The notes under the pieces were generated by a model. That model saw only the letters and a list, made by a program, of their open reading frames with translations, had not been told where the DNA came from and did no database searches. The position numbers and the translations under genes are program-made. DNA of 36,948 nucleotides from the NCBI GenBank assembly GCA_009886115.1, contig VFJJ01000048.1, forward strand, positions 1 to 36,948. Direction: 5' to 3'. How positions within the stretch are numbered: position 1 is the first letter of the stretch; each line of letters opens with the position of its first letter. Shown piece after piece: positions 24,766 through 34,319 of this stretch. This stretch comes from Actinomycetota bacterium. GTDB taxonomy: Bacteria; Actinomycetota; Acidimicrobiia; IMCC26256; VFJJ01.

Positions 24766-27677
24766 TCGGCGTCGCGGGAAACATCCTGGGCAACATCTTG
24801 GGCACGATCGTGGGCATCGACTCGTGGCTGGGTTGGCGGCTTCCCGGGCAGGTCATCTTCAACGGCGCCGTGCGGGGACTCGGTTTCGCCGTCATCGCCG
24901 CGGGTCTCGTGCTCATCTTCCGCTCGGCCGGGATCCTCAACTTCGCCCAGGCTGCCATCGGTGCGTTCGGCGTCAACCTGTTCGCGCTCGTGGCCGTGGC
25001 GCACGGGGTTCCTTATCCGCTCGCGCTGATTCTCGGTGTCGCCGGCGGAGCCGCGTTCGCCATCATCACCGAGCTGGTGGTCGTGCGCCGGCTGTTCGAG
25101 GCGTCGAGGGTCGTCCTGTTCATCGCCACGGTCGGTGTCGCTCAGCTCATCCTGGCCATCATCACCTTGGCCATGCCGGATGTCTTCGGAGAGATTCCGA
25201 TCGCTTTCACGGGCGCGTGGGCGAACTTCGAGATCTCCGACGGGCTCAGGGTCGGATCGCGCGAGACCTCGGCCCTGGTACTGATCCTCCCGGTGATCGC
25301 CGCACTCGGTATCTTCCTCACCAAGACCAAGTTCGGTCTCCACATCCGGGGCGTCGCCGACTCGCCCGAAAACGCCCGCCTGGTCGGGGTCAGCCCCCGG
25401 CGGGTCTCGACGATCGTGTGGGGGATCGCCGGAGGCCTGGCTGCGTACACCCAGATCGTGATGGCCCCCGTCAACGCCCGCACAGTGCAGGAGTTGATAG
25501 GGGTGTCGTCGTCGGGGCTGCTGCTGCGGGCCGTGCTGGTCGCGCTCGTGGCCCGGATGCGCTCGTTCCCCGTGGTGCTGGCCGCGGGCGTGTTCATCGG
25601 CGCGGCCGAGAACGCCATCGTCCTCAACCTGAACCAGAACGTCGGCATCATCGACCTGTTCATCCTCGTGGCCGTACTGGTGCTGCTGATGATCCAAGCC
25701 CGGTCGAGCCGGCCGGCCGACGAGACCGGGTTCCGGGTCGGCACCAAGGTCAAGCCCGTCCCCGAGCGGCTGCGCCAGATCTGGTGGATTCGCCACATGT
25801 CGCTGATGGGGATCGCGTTCTTGCTCCTGCTCTTGGGCCTCGGGCCGATGCTCTGGTTCAACGACTCGTCTCAGCTCCTGTCGTGGTCGCAGGTCGTGCT
25901 GCTTGCCGCGATCGCGCTCTCGGTATCGCTACTGACCGGTTGGGCGGGTCAGCTGTCGCTCGGCCAGGTTGCGTTCGCTGGTGTCGGGGGGATGGCCACC
26001 TTGGCGCTGAGCCAGGGCCACAAGGTGACGATCGGGGTGCTCGGCCACAACGCCTTCGACTTCTCGGTCGAGCTGCCGTGGCTGGTTGCGCTCATCCTGG
26101 GAACGCTCGTCGGCGTCGTGTTCGCTGTGCTCGTTGGCCTTCCGGCGCTTCGGCTCAAAGGCCTGTTCCTCGCCGCGACCACCTTGGCCTTTGCCGCCAT
26201 GGTCGCGAATTGGTTGCTGCGCCAGGATGCCTGGAACGGGGGCGAGCCGTCGATCGCCCGACAACCTCGTCCCAAGGTCGGCGGGCTCGACTTCACGCCG
26301 CCGCGCACCTACTTCATGCTGTGTATGGCGTTCCTGACGGTGTGTGTGGTCGTCGTATGCCAGCTCCGGCGCACCGGCGCCGGCCGGCGGATGATCGGCG
26401 TACGCGACAACGAAAGGATGACTGCGGCCGTCACGGTCTCACCGACGGTCGCCAAGCTCACGGCCTTCGCTGTCTCAGGCGGTATCGCGGCCATGGCTGG
26501 GGGCTTGCTCGTCTTCCTCTTGCCCGGGTTCGAGCCCGCCGGTGCGGAGAGCCCCTTCAATGTCGACACCTCGCTGCGGGTCGTGGCCATCGCCATCATC
26601 GGTGGTATCGGGTCGGTGGCTGGGCCGATCATCGGTGCACTGTGGGTCGTCGGGGTGCCCTTGCTCTTCCCCGACTGGGACGCCATCGAGCTTCTCACCG
26701 CCGACATCGGGCTCCTCGTCTTGTTGTTGTACTTCCCCGGCGGATTCGTGCAGGCCGCGTACAACGTGCGTGACGTACTCATCGGCATCGTCGAGAAGCG
26801 CTACGTCGAACGGCTCAGCTCAACGACCCGGCCGACGGTCAAGACCATCCCCGTCCGTGGCGATCGGGTTGTCGTTGCCGACGGGGTCCCCTGGCTCGAG
26901 ACCGTGGATGTGAGCGTGACCTTCGGCGGTCTCGTCGCTGTCGACAGCGTGAGCCTGCGGGTCGACGCCGGTGAGATCGTCGGCCTCATCGGCACCAATG
27001 GTGCGGGCAAGACGACGCTCATGAACGCGATCAGCGGCTTCGTGCCATCGCGTGGCCACATCTCCGTGCTGGGGCAGCGAATCGACTCGCTCAGCTCACC
27101 CCGGCGTCATGCCGTCGGCCTCGGGCGCGGATTCCAGGACGCCGGCCTGTTCCCGGCGCTCACGGTACGCGAAACGATCCTGATGGCGCTCGAGTCGCGC
27201 GAGCGCTCGAACACCGTGGCCAGCCTGTTCCACCTTCCCCCATCGCCGGCCTCCGAGCGGCGCAAGCGCAGCGAGTCGGAGGAGATCGTCTCCTTCCTCG
27301 GCCTCGGCCTGTTCGCCGACAACTTCATCTCCGACCTCTCGACGGGCACCCGGCGAATCGTGGAGCTGGCGTGTCTCATCGCCACCGAGGCCCGGGTGCT
27401 CCTTCTCGACGAGCCGACCGGCGGGGTGGCCCAACGCGAGACGGAGGCCTTCGCCCCCTTGATCAAGCGCGTGCAGCGCGAGCTCCAGGCCGCGGTCGTC
27501 GTGATCGAGCACGACATGCCGCTCATCATGTCGATCAGCGACCGGGTGTATTGCCTCGAGGCCGGCGCCGTCATCGCCGAAGGAACGCCCGACCAGGTGC
27601 GCAACGATCCCCGGGTGATCGCCTCGTACCTCGGCACCGACGAGCGGGCGATCCGCCGCAGCGGCGCCCTGGCTTGA
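24762..27677 (+). CDS. LivH-LivM-LivG triple fusion (two permeases + ATPase)
   Basis: GILNFAQ (LivH); GWAGQLSLGQ and GLPALRLKGLFLA (LivM); GTNGAGKTT, LSTGTRR, LLLDEP, IEHDM (LivG). GTGA overlap with the upstream gene. Confidence 0.92.
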   Translation: MIGVAGNILGNILGTIVGIDSWLGWRLPGQVIFNGAVRGLGFAVIAAGLVLIFRSAGILNFAQAAIGAFGVNLFALVAVAHGVPYPLALILGVAGGAAFAIITELVVVRRLFEASRVVLFIATVGVAQLILAIITLAMPDVFGEIPIAFTGAWANFEISDGLRVGSRETSALVLILPVIAALGIFLTKTKFGLHIRGVADSPENARLVGVSPRRVSTIVWGIAGGLAAYTQIVMAPVNARTVQELIGVSSSGLLLRAVLVALVARMRSFPVVLAAGVFIGAAENAIVLNLNQNVGIIDLFILVAVLVLLMIQARSSRPADETGFRVGTKVKPVPERLRQIWWIRHMSLMGIAFLLLLLGLGPMLWFNDSSQLLSWSQVVLLAAIALSVSLLTGWAGQLSLGQVAFAGVGGMATLALSQGHKVTIGVLGHNAFDFSVELPWLVALILGTLVGVVFAVLVGLPALRLKGLFLAATTLAFAAMVANWLLRQDAWNGGEPSIARQPRPKVGGLDFTPPRTYFMLCMAFLTVCVVVVCQLRRTGAGRRMIGVRDNERMTAAVTVSPTVAKLTAFAVSGGIAAMAGGLLVFLLPGFEPAGAESPFNVDTSLRVVAIAIIGGIGSVAGPIIGALWVVGVPLLFPDWDAIELLTADIGLLVLLLYFPGGFVQAAYNVRDVLIGIVEKRYVERLSSTTRPTVKTIPVRGDRVVVADGVPWLETVDVSVTFGGLVAVDSVSLRVDAGEIVGLIGTNGAGKTTLMNAISGFVPSRGHISVLGQRIDSLSSPRRHAVGLGRGFQDAGLFPALTVRETILMALESRERSNTVASLFHLPPSPASERRKRSESEEIVSFLGLGLFADNFISDLSTGTRRIVELACLIATEARVLLLDEPTGGVAQRETEAFAPLIKRVQRELQAAVVVIEHDMPLIMSISDRVYCLEAGAVIAEGTPDQVRNDPRVIASYLGTDERAIRRSGALA

Positions 27678-27891
27678 CGATCTGACCTGTCCCACGTCGC
27701 CCCTCCGAGCGACGGACGGTCAGGACGAGATTGGCCGGTTTCGGTGCCACGTCGTCTCGTCGGTGGGTGCCAGCAGCTCTGCCCACAATGGCAGGTAGAA
27801 CCCCGGCATCTGCGTCGTGCCGAATGGACGGTCGTCCCCTCGAGGGGATGATCGGCCGTCCCATGAAGGCAGGCAGCGACAGGGCTCGGGC

Positions 27892-28275
27892 TCAGGGTCG
27901 GGGACCGAACTGGGCCCCGGCGGGCCGTCCGCGCTTGAGCTCGAAGAACCTCGGGTTCAGCGCGGCCTCGCAGACGAGATCGAAGAGGCGCACGGCCTCG
28001 GGTCCGGTGGGTGGCGGCGAGACGATCGGGCCGAAGATCCCGACGCGAGGATCACCAAAGGCGAGGACCGGCGATCCCACATCGGCTCCACCGAGCCCGA
28101 CGGCCTCGCCTGTGGAGGCTCTGACCGCATCGTCCCACGACGGATCGTCGATCGCCGACGGCCCACCCTTGGGCACCCACGCGGAGCCTCCAGAGGCATC
28201 AAGGGTGGTCGGTACGCCAGGCGGCGGGGGTGCCGTCGACAGCCACCTGGTCGCTGGCAGGTCGCGACCGCTCAT
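27892..28275 (-). pseudogene. Rv2466c/DsbA-like mycothiol-dependent oxidoreductase, C-terminal part only
   Basis: DDPSWDDAVRAS...DVGSPV...IFGPIVSPPP...FFELKR resembles the family C-terminus. No N-terminal CPW/CxxC motif. Confidence 0.7.
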
Positions 28276-28280
28276 CGCCC

Positions 28281-28306
28281 ACCTTACCTGAACAATCAGA
28301 TAATCT
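28281..28306. promoter_or_regulatory. Divergent leaderless promoters overlapped by a palindromic MarR-type operator
   Basis: TTACCTGAACAATCAGATAA (28284-28303); TAATCT-N5-ATG on + and TAAGGT-N5-ATG on -. Confidence 0.75.
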
Positions 28307-28311
28307 GGGTC

Positions 28312-28866
28312 ATGAGCAGCGCGCATGTTCCGACGACTGCCCGCCGGGGGGACCGGGCTCCGCGCTCTCACGGCGGTCATGCTGAGAAGATGCCTGACGA
28401 GCGCGCCCCCTGGCTCACTCCCGAAGAGCTCGACGCCTGGATCGGTCTCATCCGGCTCTCGGCCCGCATCGTCGCTCTCAGCGACGGCGAGCTCAGACGA
28501 CACCACGGTGTCACCGGGCGTGACTACGAGCTCCTGCACCACCTTTCGGGCGCGCCGACCGGCTACCGGATCAGCGACCTCGCCGACATGATCGACGATT
28601 CGTCGAGTTGCATCACCCACCGGGTCAATCGACTGCGTGCTGCCGGGCTCGTCGACAAGCGCGCCGATCCGTCCGACCGGCGCGCCCGACTCGTCGAGCT
28701 CGCCCCGGCCGGTCGGGCGGTGCTCGAAGCCGCCGCACCAGGGCACGTCGCTCGCGTTCGAAGCTGGATCATCGACGCCCTCGACCGCGACGACATCCAC
28801 GACCTGGCGCGCGTCACGCGCACCCTCAACGAGCATCTTCGAGCAACGGCTCCCCTCACCGACTGA
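28312..28866 (+). CDS. MarR family transcriptional regulator
   Basis: WLTPEELDAW, YELLHHLS, RISDLA, ITHRVNRL, DPSDRRA, AAPGHVARVR. Confidence 0.9.
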   Translation: MSSAHVPTTARRGDRAPRSHGGHAEKMPDERAPWLTPEELDAWIGLIRLSARIVALSDGELRRHHGVTGRDYELLHHLSGAPTGYRISDLADMIDDSSSCITHRVNRLRAAGLVDKRADPSDRRARLVELAPAGRAVLEAAAPGHVARVRSWIIDALDRDDIHDLARVTRTLNEHLRATAPLTD

Positions 28867-28952
28867 GCGCGGCATCGTTGCTGTGTGTGCGCAGCGAAGG
28901 GTCTGCCAGACCACGATCGCCGTCGTGCTGCCCACGCTGAATGGTGGATCGC

Positions 28953-29597
28953 TCAGCGGCCGGTTGGGGCCGATCGTGACAGGCCGAACTGGCTGACCCC
29001 GAGATACCCGGAGCGAAACCCGGCTTCGCTGTATGCCAGGTAGAGCTCCCACATCCGCTTGAAGACAGGGTCGAAGCGTTCGCTCGCGATGGTGGGCCAG
29101 TTCGCCATGAAGCTCGATCGCCAACAAGCCAACGTCGCCGCGTAGTGCGGGCCGAGATCGCGTCGCTCGGAGATCGTGAGTGACGTGTGGGTGTCCAGCG
29201 CGCCGGCGATGGCCTCGACCGCCTCGTCGGACCGGGCCATGGGACGCAGGTGGCGAGCCTGCTGTTCAGGCGTGCCCCACTGCATGATCGACGGCCCGAT
29301 GTTCTGCAGGCCGATCGTGTTGATGTGGGCGGGGGCTCCGACGCGATCGAGCTCCTCGATCACGACCAGCTGCTCGTGCACGGAGGCGTTGCGCCCACCG
29401 AAGGCCTCAGGCCATGCCGCGGTCGCGTACCCCGCGTCGAACAGACGACCGTTCCACAGCCGATGCAATTCGATCAACTCGTCGTCCGGCCCGCTCGGGC
29501 CCGTCGACTTCGCCAGCTCGGAAGGGAAGCTCTGGGCGAGCCAGGTGCGGAGCTCGTCGCGGAGAGCCTCCGCCGCGGACAGCACCGTCGGGCTCAC
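28953..29597 (-). pseudogene. In-frame chimera: acyl-CoA dehydrogenase N-terminus + cyclopropane fatty acid synthase C-terminus
   Basis: LRDELRTWL...WPEAFGGR...GTPEQQARHL joins at ~29225 to GPHYAATLACW...FKRMWELYLAYSEAGFRSGYL. Confidence 0.8.
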
Positions 29598-29677
29598 GTC
29601 GTGGCCTCGGCCAACGAGATCCGATGGTCGGTGCTGTTGCTGAGCACTGCCGTTGCGCGCACGATCTGCCCCTTCAA

Positions 29678-29719
29678 CTTGTCCAGGCCGTCTTGTCCAG
29701 GCCGTCTTGTCCAGGTCGT
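29678..29719 (+). repeat. 14-bp tandem repeat x3
   Basis: CTTGTCCAGGCCGT x2 + CTTGTCCAGGTCGT. Confidence 0.9.
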
Positions 29720-29803
29720 CGCCGGAGATCGTCAGGTATGGAGCTGGCGAGTTCGCCAACCGTAGCGACCGAGCACCGGTCCCTCGGTTCCCCCGGGTGG
29801 CGA

Positions 29804-30110
29804 TCATTCCCCGCAGCCGGAGCCGGCTGTGATGGCTGCCCCGTCGAGGAACTCGACCCGCAGGCTCTTGCACCGCGTAGCCCGGTACCGATTACCGGAG
29901 CACGTGCCGAAACGGTTGAACGGGCCGATCCACCCGGTGTCGTCATCGGGAGGGCCGAGCCGTTCGGTGAGCACGGCGATCGTGGCGTCGGCATCGTCGC
30001 CGAAGCTGACGATGCCGAGGACGTGTCCACCGAAGACCCCTTCCGAAACACACGGTGTTCGGGGGAGCTCGTCCCAACGATCAGCGGCCAGGTCGTAGCG
30101 GTACCGCCCG
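29804..30110 (-). pseudogene. Startless remnant of a probable secreted protein
   Basis: Protein-like stretch YDLAADRWDELP...VSFGDDADATIAVLTERLGPPDDDTGW with no usable start. Confidence 0.35.
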
Positions 30111-30137
30111 AACACGCACCGCGATCGAGCGCCGGCA

Positions 30138-31124
30138 CTACCGATCGTCGACGAGCTCGGCCGGGTCGGTGTTCTGTGCAGCCTGATAGGCCGCCCAGAT
30201 CTCGGGACGGAGCCGGCCCTTGGCCGCGACCTCGAGCCCGGCGTCGATCGCCCAGCGGCGGACCTCGGCGATCGAGGGTTCGGATGCCGGAACCGGGCCG
30301 GGGCGAGGGAGCGCCCGTTCGAGGACGGCGCCGTGACGGTCATCGTCGTGGTGAGCGACCGCGGCGCCGAGGAACCGGAACGTCCATTCCTGGGCCAGCG
30401 CTCGGGTCTCGCAGAACACGATCGGCACGGTCGGGAACCGCACCTGGGACTCGGCGAGACCGTCGGCCACGACCGACGGCCGCACGCGGTCGAGCTTGAA
30501 CACCGACGACCAGCGATCCTCGATGACCAGCGCGGCACGAGGCATCGTCGCCAGCTCGGCCATGAGATAGCGCAACTTCCCGCTCGTCAACGTCGCGACG
30601 AGATCGGGCAGGCTCTTGCGTTCCACGGCCGCGACGATCAGACCATCGACCGCGACTGCGGAGTCGCCAGCCGTCAACGCCCGACGCTGCGTGGTGGCCT
30701 GTTGCGGGCTGAACTTCCAGGCGTACTGCTCATGGCTGTCGACGAGGATCTCCAGCCGCTGCCCCGAAGCCCGAGCGGTTGGCAGCGACACGCCTGGGCG
30801 GGCCTGCTTGGCGGTACGGGCGCTCTGCCAGAAGATCACCTCGCGGCCTCGGGCCGTCGTGAACACGAACTGCGACCGGTTCTCCCGGCCCCGGTCGAGC
30901 ACCAGATCGACCGCCGCGCCCCGCCGAACACACGAGCGCACGGCGACCCGCTCGACGATCTCCAGATCGTCAGGCCACACATCGGCCCGATGGCAATAGA
31001 CCTTCGTCGTCCTCGGCTACGTCTCACGGACTTTCAACGCCACACCCTCGAGCCCCAACGGCAGACGCACCAGGAACGGCAACGACGAGTCCGGGTCAGG
31101 GTTCAACGCGATCACGAACTCCAC
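30138..31124 (-). pseudogene. ERCC4/XPF nuclease with C-terminal Lsr2-type DNA-binding domain (Rv2529-like), interrupted by an in-frame TAG
   Basis: RBS + VEFVIALNPDPDSSLPFL...KVRET*PRTTKVYCH (TAG 31017-31019, same frame). VDSHE, AVERKS, IEDRWS; C-terminal EVRRWAIDAGLEVAAKGRL. Confidence 0.85.
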
Positions 31125-31131
31125 CCCTCCA

Positions 31132-31536
31132 GTGTGCCCCGACCGGGCTTGCCTCCGACAGACCCAGGAACTCCGCAGGCGGACCCCTCCCGTTCGCCCG
31201 GCCCTCGATCGTCGCGAGGACGACGACCACGTGCACGACCCCGGCCAGCAGCAGGGTCGACACGCGGCGCACATCCGATTGAGACGCTCGGGGGGCACGA
31301 TTGTCGTCGCCGCCGTCCCCGAAACGACCGTCAGGGTGGAGGCCGTCGCGCTCCGAGCAGAACCACGCGAGCTCGCAATAGCCGACATTGCCGGTCCCGG
31401 GTTCCGGCTCGTGTTCGCCGACCTCGACGAGTTCATCCCGGATCGGCTCATCGCCTACGACGCCGCCGGTCCGCTCGCGACCGCCACCGTCGTCAGCACC
31501 GGCGGAGCGCCACCCGGATACCTTCCAACCGACTGA
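31132..31536 (+). CDS. Hypothetical protein or gene remnant
   Basis: The C-terminal ~75 aa look protein-like (TIVVAAVPETTVRVE...LIAYDAAG). Start unsupported. Confidence 0.3.
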   Translation: MCPDRACLRQTQELRRRTPPVRPALDRREDDDHVHDPGQQQGRHAAHIRLRRSGGTIVVAAVPETTVRVEAVALRAEPRELAIADIAGPGFRLVFADLDEFIPDRLIAYDAAGPLATATVVSTGGAPPGYLPTD

Positions 31537-31643
31537 GCCTGAAACCCGACCCGCAGGAGTCACTCGGGCCGTGAGATCCATCGCCACCATCAAACCCCAA
31601 CCCTTGGAGCCTGGCCCCACATAGAGTTAATGTGAGATAACGC

Positions 31644-31672
31644 TTGCTAACAGTCACCAATGCGTGTAGCTT
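31644..31672 (+). promoter_or_regulatory. SigA-type leaderless promoter
   Basis: TTGCTA-N17-TAGCTT-N6-ATG within an AT-rich patch. Confidence 0.7.
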
Positions 31673-31678
31673 CAGGCC

Positions 31679-32053
31679 ATGGATCTGACGACTGACCCTC
31701 GCTACGATGCCCTCCGGCGCGACTTTCCGCCGATCCTCTCCACGGCGCAGGTTGCCGAGATCCTCCAGCTCGACATCCGCACCGTCATGAAGGCCGTGCA
31801 GCTGGGCCACCTCAAGGCCAGCCGCATGCCCGGCGCCCGCAAGTGGCGGTTCCTGCTCGAAGACGTCATCGCCATGGTCGAGCAGAACTTCACCACCGTC
31901 GGCGCCGGCGAAGACGACACCGAAGACGACGACGCCCCCGCCGCTCCTCCGGCGGCCGCCCCGCCTGCCACCCGAGGCCGCAAGACCAAGCAGGCCCCAC
32001 CTCGCTCGACGCCGGCCCCACGAGGCCGGGGCGCAGGCACCCGCACCAAGTAG
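31679..32053 (+). CDS. Excisionase-like helix-turn-helix (HTH_17) DNA-binding protein
   Basis: ILSTAQVAEILQLDIRTV...GHLKASRMPGARKWRF, then an acidic patch and a basic Pro/Arg-rich tail. Confidence 0.85.
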   Translation: MDLTTDPRYDALRRDFPPILSTAQVAEILQLDIRTVMKAVQLGHLKASRMPGARKWRFLLEDVIAMVEQNFTTVGAGEDDTEDDDAPAAPPAAAPPATRGRKTKQAPPRSTPAPRGRGAGTRTK

Positions 32054-32186
32054 CTGAGCGCTCTGGCCCGACGATGTGTCCCCGTTCGACCGTTCGATCG
32101 GGCAGCGGTGCGCGACGACCCCGTGATGTCGATCCTCCTGTCCCCGCTCGGCATGGCGGAGACGATCCCCTGATCTCGTGGCGCGC

Positions 32187-33128
32187 TCAGGACGCGGCGG
32201 TGAACTGGCGGACCCACACGCGGTAGCGGCTGATCATCGTGTCGCCGTCGCACAGCAGCGGTGTGGGTCGGTAGGTCTTGTGCTCCCAGATCGGGATGTC
32301 CTGTTCGAACAGCTTGGTGGTCGCGATCGCGCTCGCCACTGAACGCTCCCCGGTGGGATCGTCCGGGGTGCTTCGCGGAGTCATGAACGAGAAGTTCGTC
32401 TCGACCGTGTGCTCGTCGACGGGTGTGTAGGTGGTGAAGAACGACTTGGTTCCGTGGCCGACCGAGCGGTTCACGGTGATCGCCGGTCCGTGCACCGTGG
32501 TGACGTGACTGGTCTTTCCGCCCACGAGCGGCACGTCGAGGCGGAAGTCGGCTGTCGCGGTGTGACCCGCGAAGTCGAACGTTGCGACCGCCGGTGCGGT
32601 GCCCTGGGCGTTGTGATGGACGAACTGACCGTGCGGTGTGTCGAAGATGTTCTCGACGATCTCTTGCACCATGGACGAGAACCGATACTGCTGGCACCGA
32701 TACCCGTCCCACGTGGCGTCGTCGAACTCGTCGAGGGTCGGTGGCTCCCAGGTTGGTTCGCGACCGCTCGACGAGTGCCACACGAACACGATCCCCGAAC
32801 GTTCGATCGTGGGCCACGCCCTCTGGTGCGCACCGCGCGGGATGCGCTCGGCGTAGGGGATGTCGACGCAGGTCCCGTCCGTGGCGTATGTCCATGCGTG
32901 GAACGGGCAGCGGATGCACTCCCCGACGACCTGTCCCCCGTGGCCGAGATGGGCCCCGATGTGCACGCAATGACCATCGAGCATCTGCGGCACGCCCGAC
33001 TCCGTACGGAACAGAACGAGCTCCTGTCCGAAGTAGTGCAGCGGCATCGAGTGCCCGACGCCCAGATCGGCGGCGTACGCGACCTGGAACCATCCCTCCG
33101 GGTACGCCAACGATCGCTTCTCCCCCAT
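32187..33128 (-). CDS. Rieske non-heme iron oxygenase (KshA/sterol desaturase-like)
   Basis: CVH...CPFH Rieske ligands, ENIFDTPHGQFVH iron motif, EQDIPIWEHK, CDGD. RBS AAAGGGGA before ATG 33128 (alternative start 33149). Confidence 0.9.
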   Translation of the reverse strand: MGEKRSLAYPEGWFQVAYAADLGVGHSMPLHYFGQELVLFRTESGVPQMLDGHCVHIGAHLGHGGQVVGECIRCPFHAWTYATDGTCVDIPYAERIPRGAHQRAWPTIERSGIVFVWHSSSGREPTWEPPTLDEFDDATWDGYRCQQYRFSSMVQEIVENIFDTPHGQFVHHNAQGTAPAVATFDFAGHTATADFRLDVPLVGGKTSHVTTVHGPAITVNRSVGHGTKSFFTTYTPVDEHTVETNFSFMTPRSTPDDPTGERSVASAIATTKLFEQDIPIWEHKTYRPTPLLCDGDTMISRYRVWVRQFTAAS

Positions 33129-33170
33129 CTCCGGTTCCCCTTTGGTCATGAAGACGAACGTCGCGCGTGT

Positions 33171-34319
33171 CTACCGCATCGCGCGGAAGCAGCCGCGCAG
33201 CTCGTGTACGAACAGCTCAGGCTGCTCGAACGCGGCGAAGTGTCCGCCACGATCGAGCTCGTTCCAGTAGCGCAGATCGGTGTAGGTCCGCTCGGCCCAG
33301 GCACGTTGGGGGCGGACGAGCTCCTTGGGGAAGATCGAGCCCCCCATCGGCACGTCGACCCGGGCGTCGAACGGCGCCGGTTGGCCCTCCCAGTACAACC
33401 GCGCCGACGACGTCGCCGTCGCGGTGAGCCAGTAGGTGCTGATGTTGTCGAGGAGCCGATCGGCGCCGAACGCTGCGACGGGATCGCCATCGCAGTCGGT
33501 CCACGCGTGGAACTTCTCGAGCACCCATGCGCATTGTCCCGACGGCGAGTCCGTGAGCCCGTACCCGAGCGTCTGGGGGCGTGTGCGCTGTTGGTGCACG
33601 TAGCCCATCTCCCAGTTCTGAAGACGCGCTGCCGACGAGACGTACGCGGCGAAACTCGCACGCTCATCGTCGGTAGCGGGTTCGTAGCCGGGCGGTGGTC
33701 CGACCGAGACGAGGTTCAGGTGAATTCCGTGCAGACGGTCGGGGTGTCGCACACCGAGATGGTTCGCGATGCTCGCGCCCCAGTCGCCGCCCTGAGCCGC
33801 GAACCGGTCGTAGCCGAGGCGGGTCATCAGCTCGGCCCAGGCGTCAGCGATGTGCTCGCGGTTCCATCCGGTGACGCGCGGTTTGCCGCTGAATCCGAAG
33901 CCGGGGAGCGACGGAATGACGAGGTGGAAGGCGTCGCGAGCGCTGCCGCCGTGGCCCGCCGGGTCGACGAGCGCGTCGATCACGCCGAGGAACTCCGTGA
34001 TGGTGCCCGGCCAGCCGTGAGTGAGCACGAGCGGAAGCGCGTCAGCTTCCGGCGAGCGCACGTGCAGGAAGTGGATGTCGACGTCATCGATGACGGTGCT
34101 GAACTGCGGATATCGGTTGAGCTTGGCCTCGCACGCCCGCCAGTCATACCGCTCGGCCCAGTGCCGACACAGGTCCTGGAGGTATGCGAGCGGGACACCT
34201 TGCGACCAATCGGCCACGGTCTGCGGCTCCGGCCACCGCGTGTTCGCCAGACGGGCGCGCAGGTCCTCGAGGTGCGAGTCGGGGACCGCGACGCGAAACG
34301 GAACGAGGGCGTCGCTCAT
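33171..34319 (-). CDS. Epoxide hydrolase (microsomal-type EHN + alpha/beta hydrolase)
   Basis: PFRVAVPD, HGWPG, PSLPGFGFS, QGGDWG, GGHFAAFEQP. Confidence 0.93.
   Translation of the reverse strand: MSDALVPFRVAVPDSHLEDLRARLANTRWPEPQTVADWSQGVPLAYLQDLCRHWAERYDWRACEAKLNRYPQFSTVIDDVDIHFLHVRSPEADALPLVLTHGWPGTITEFLGVIDALVDPAGHGGSARDAFHLVIPSLPGFGFSGKPRVTGWNREHIADAWAELMTRLGYDRFAAQGGDWGASIANHLGVRHPDRLHGIHLNLVSVGPPPGYEPATDDERASFAAYVSSAARLQNWEMGYVHQQRTRPQTLGYGLTDSPSGQCAWVLEKFHAWTDCDGDPVAAFGADRLLDNISTYWLTATATSSARLYWEGQPAPFDARVDVPMGGSIFPKELVRPQRAWAERTYTDLRYWNELDRGGHFAAFEQPELFVHELRGCFRAMR

Noticed and set aside
29678..29719. CRISPR array (also considered 20184-20220)
   Set aside because: Units are 9-14 bp with no unique spacers, and there are no cas genes.
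31017..31019. Amber recoding (pyrrolysine or alternative genetic code)
   Set aside because: TAG ends intact genes here (SulP, SBP, HTH, epoxide hydrolase) and no pyl genes are present; a nonsense mutation is simpler.
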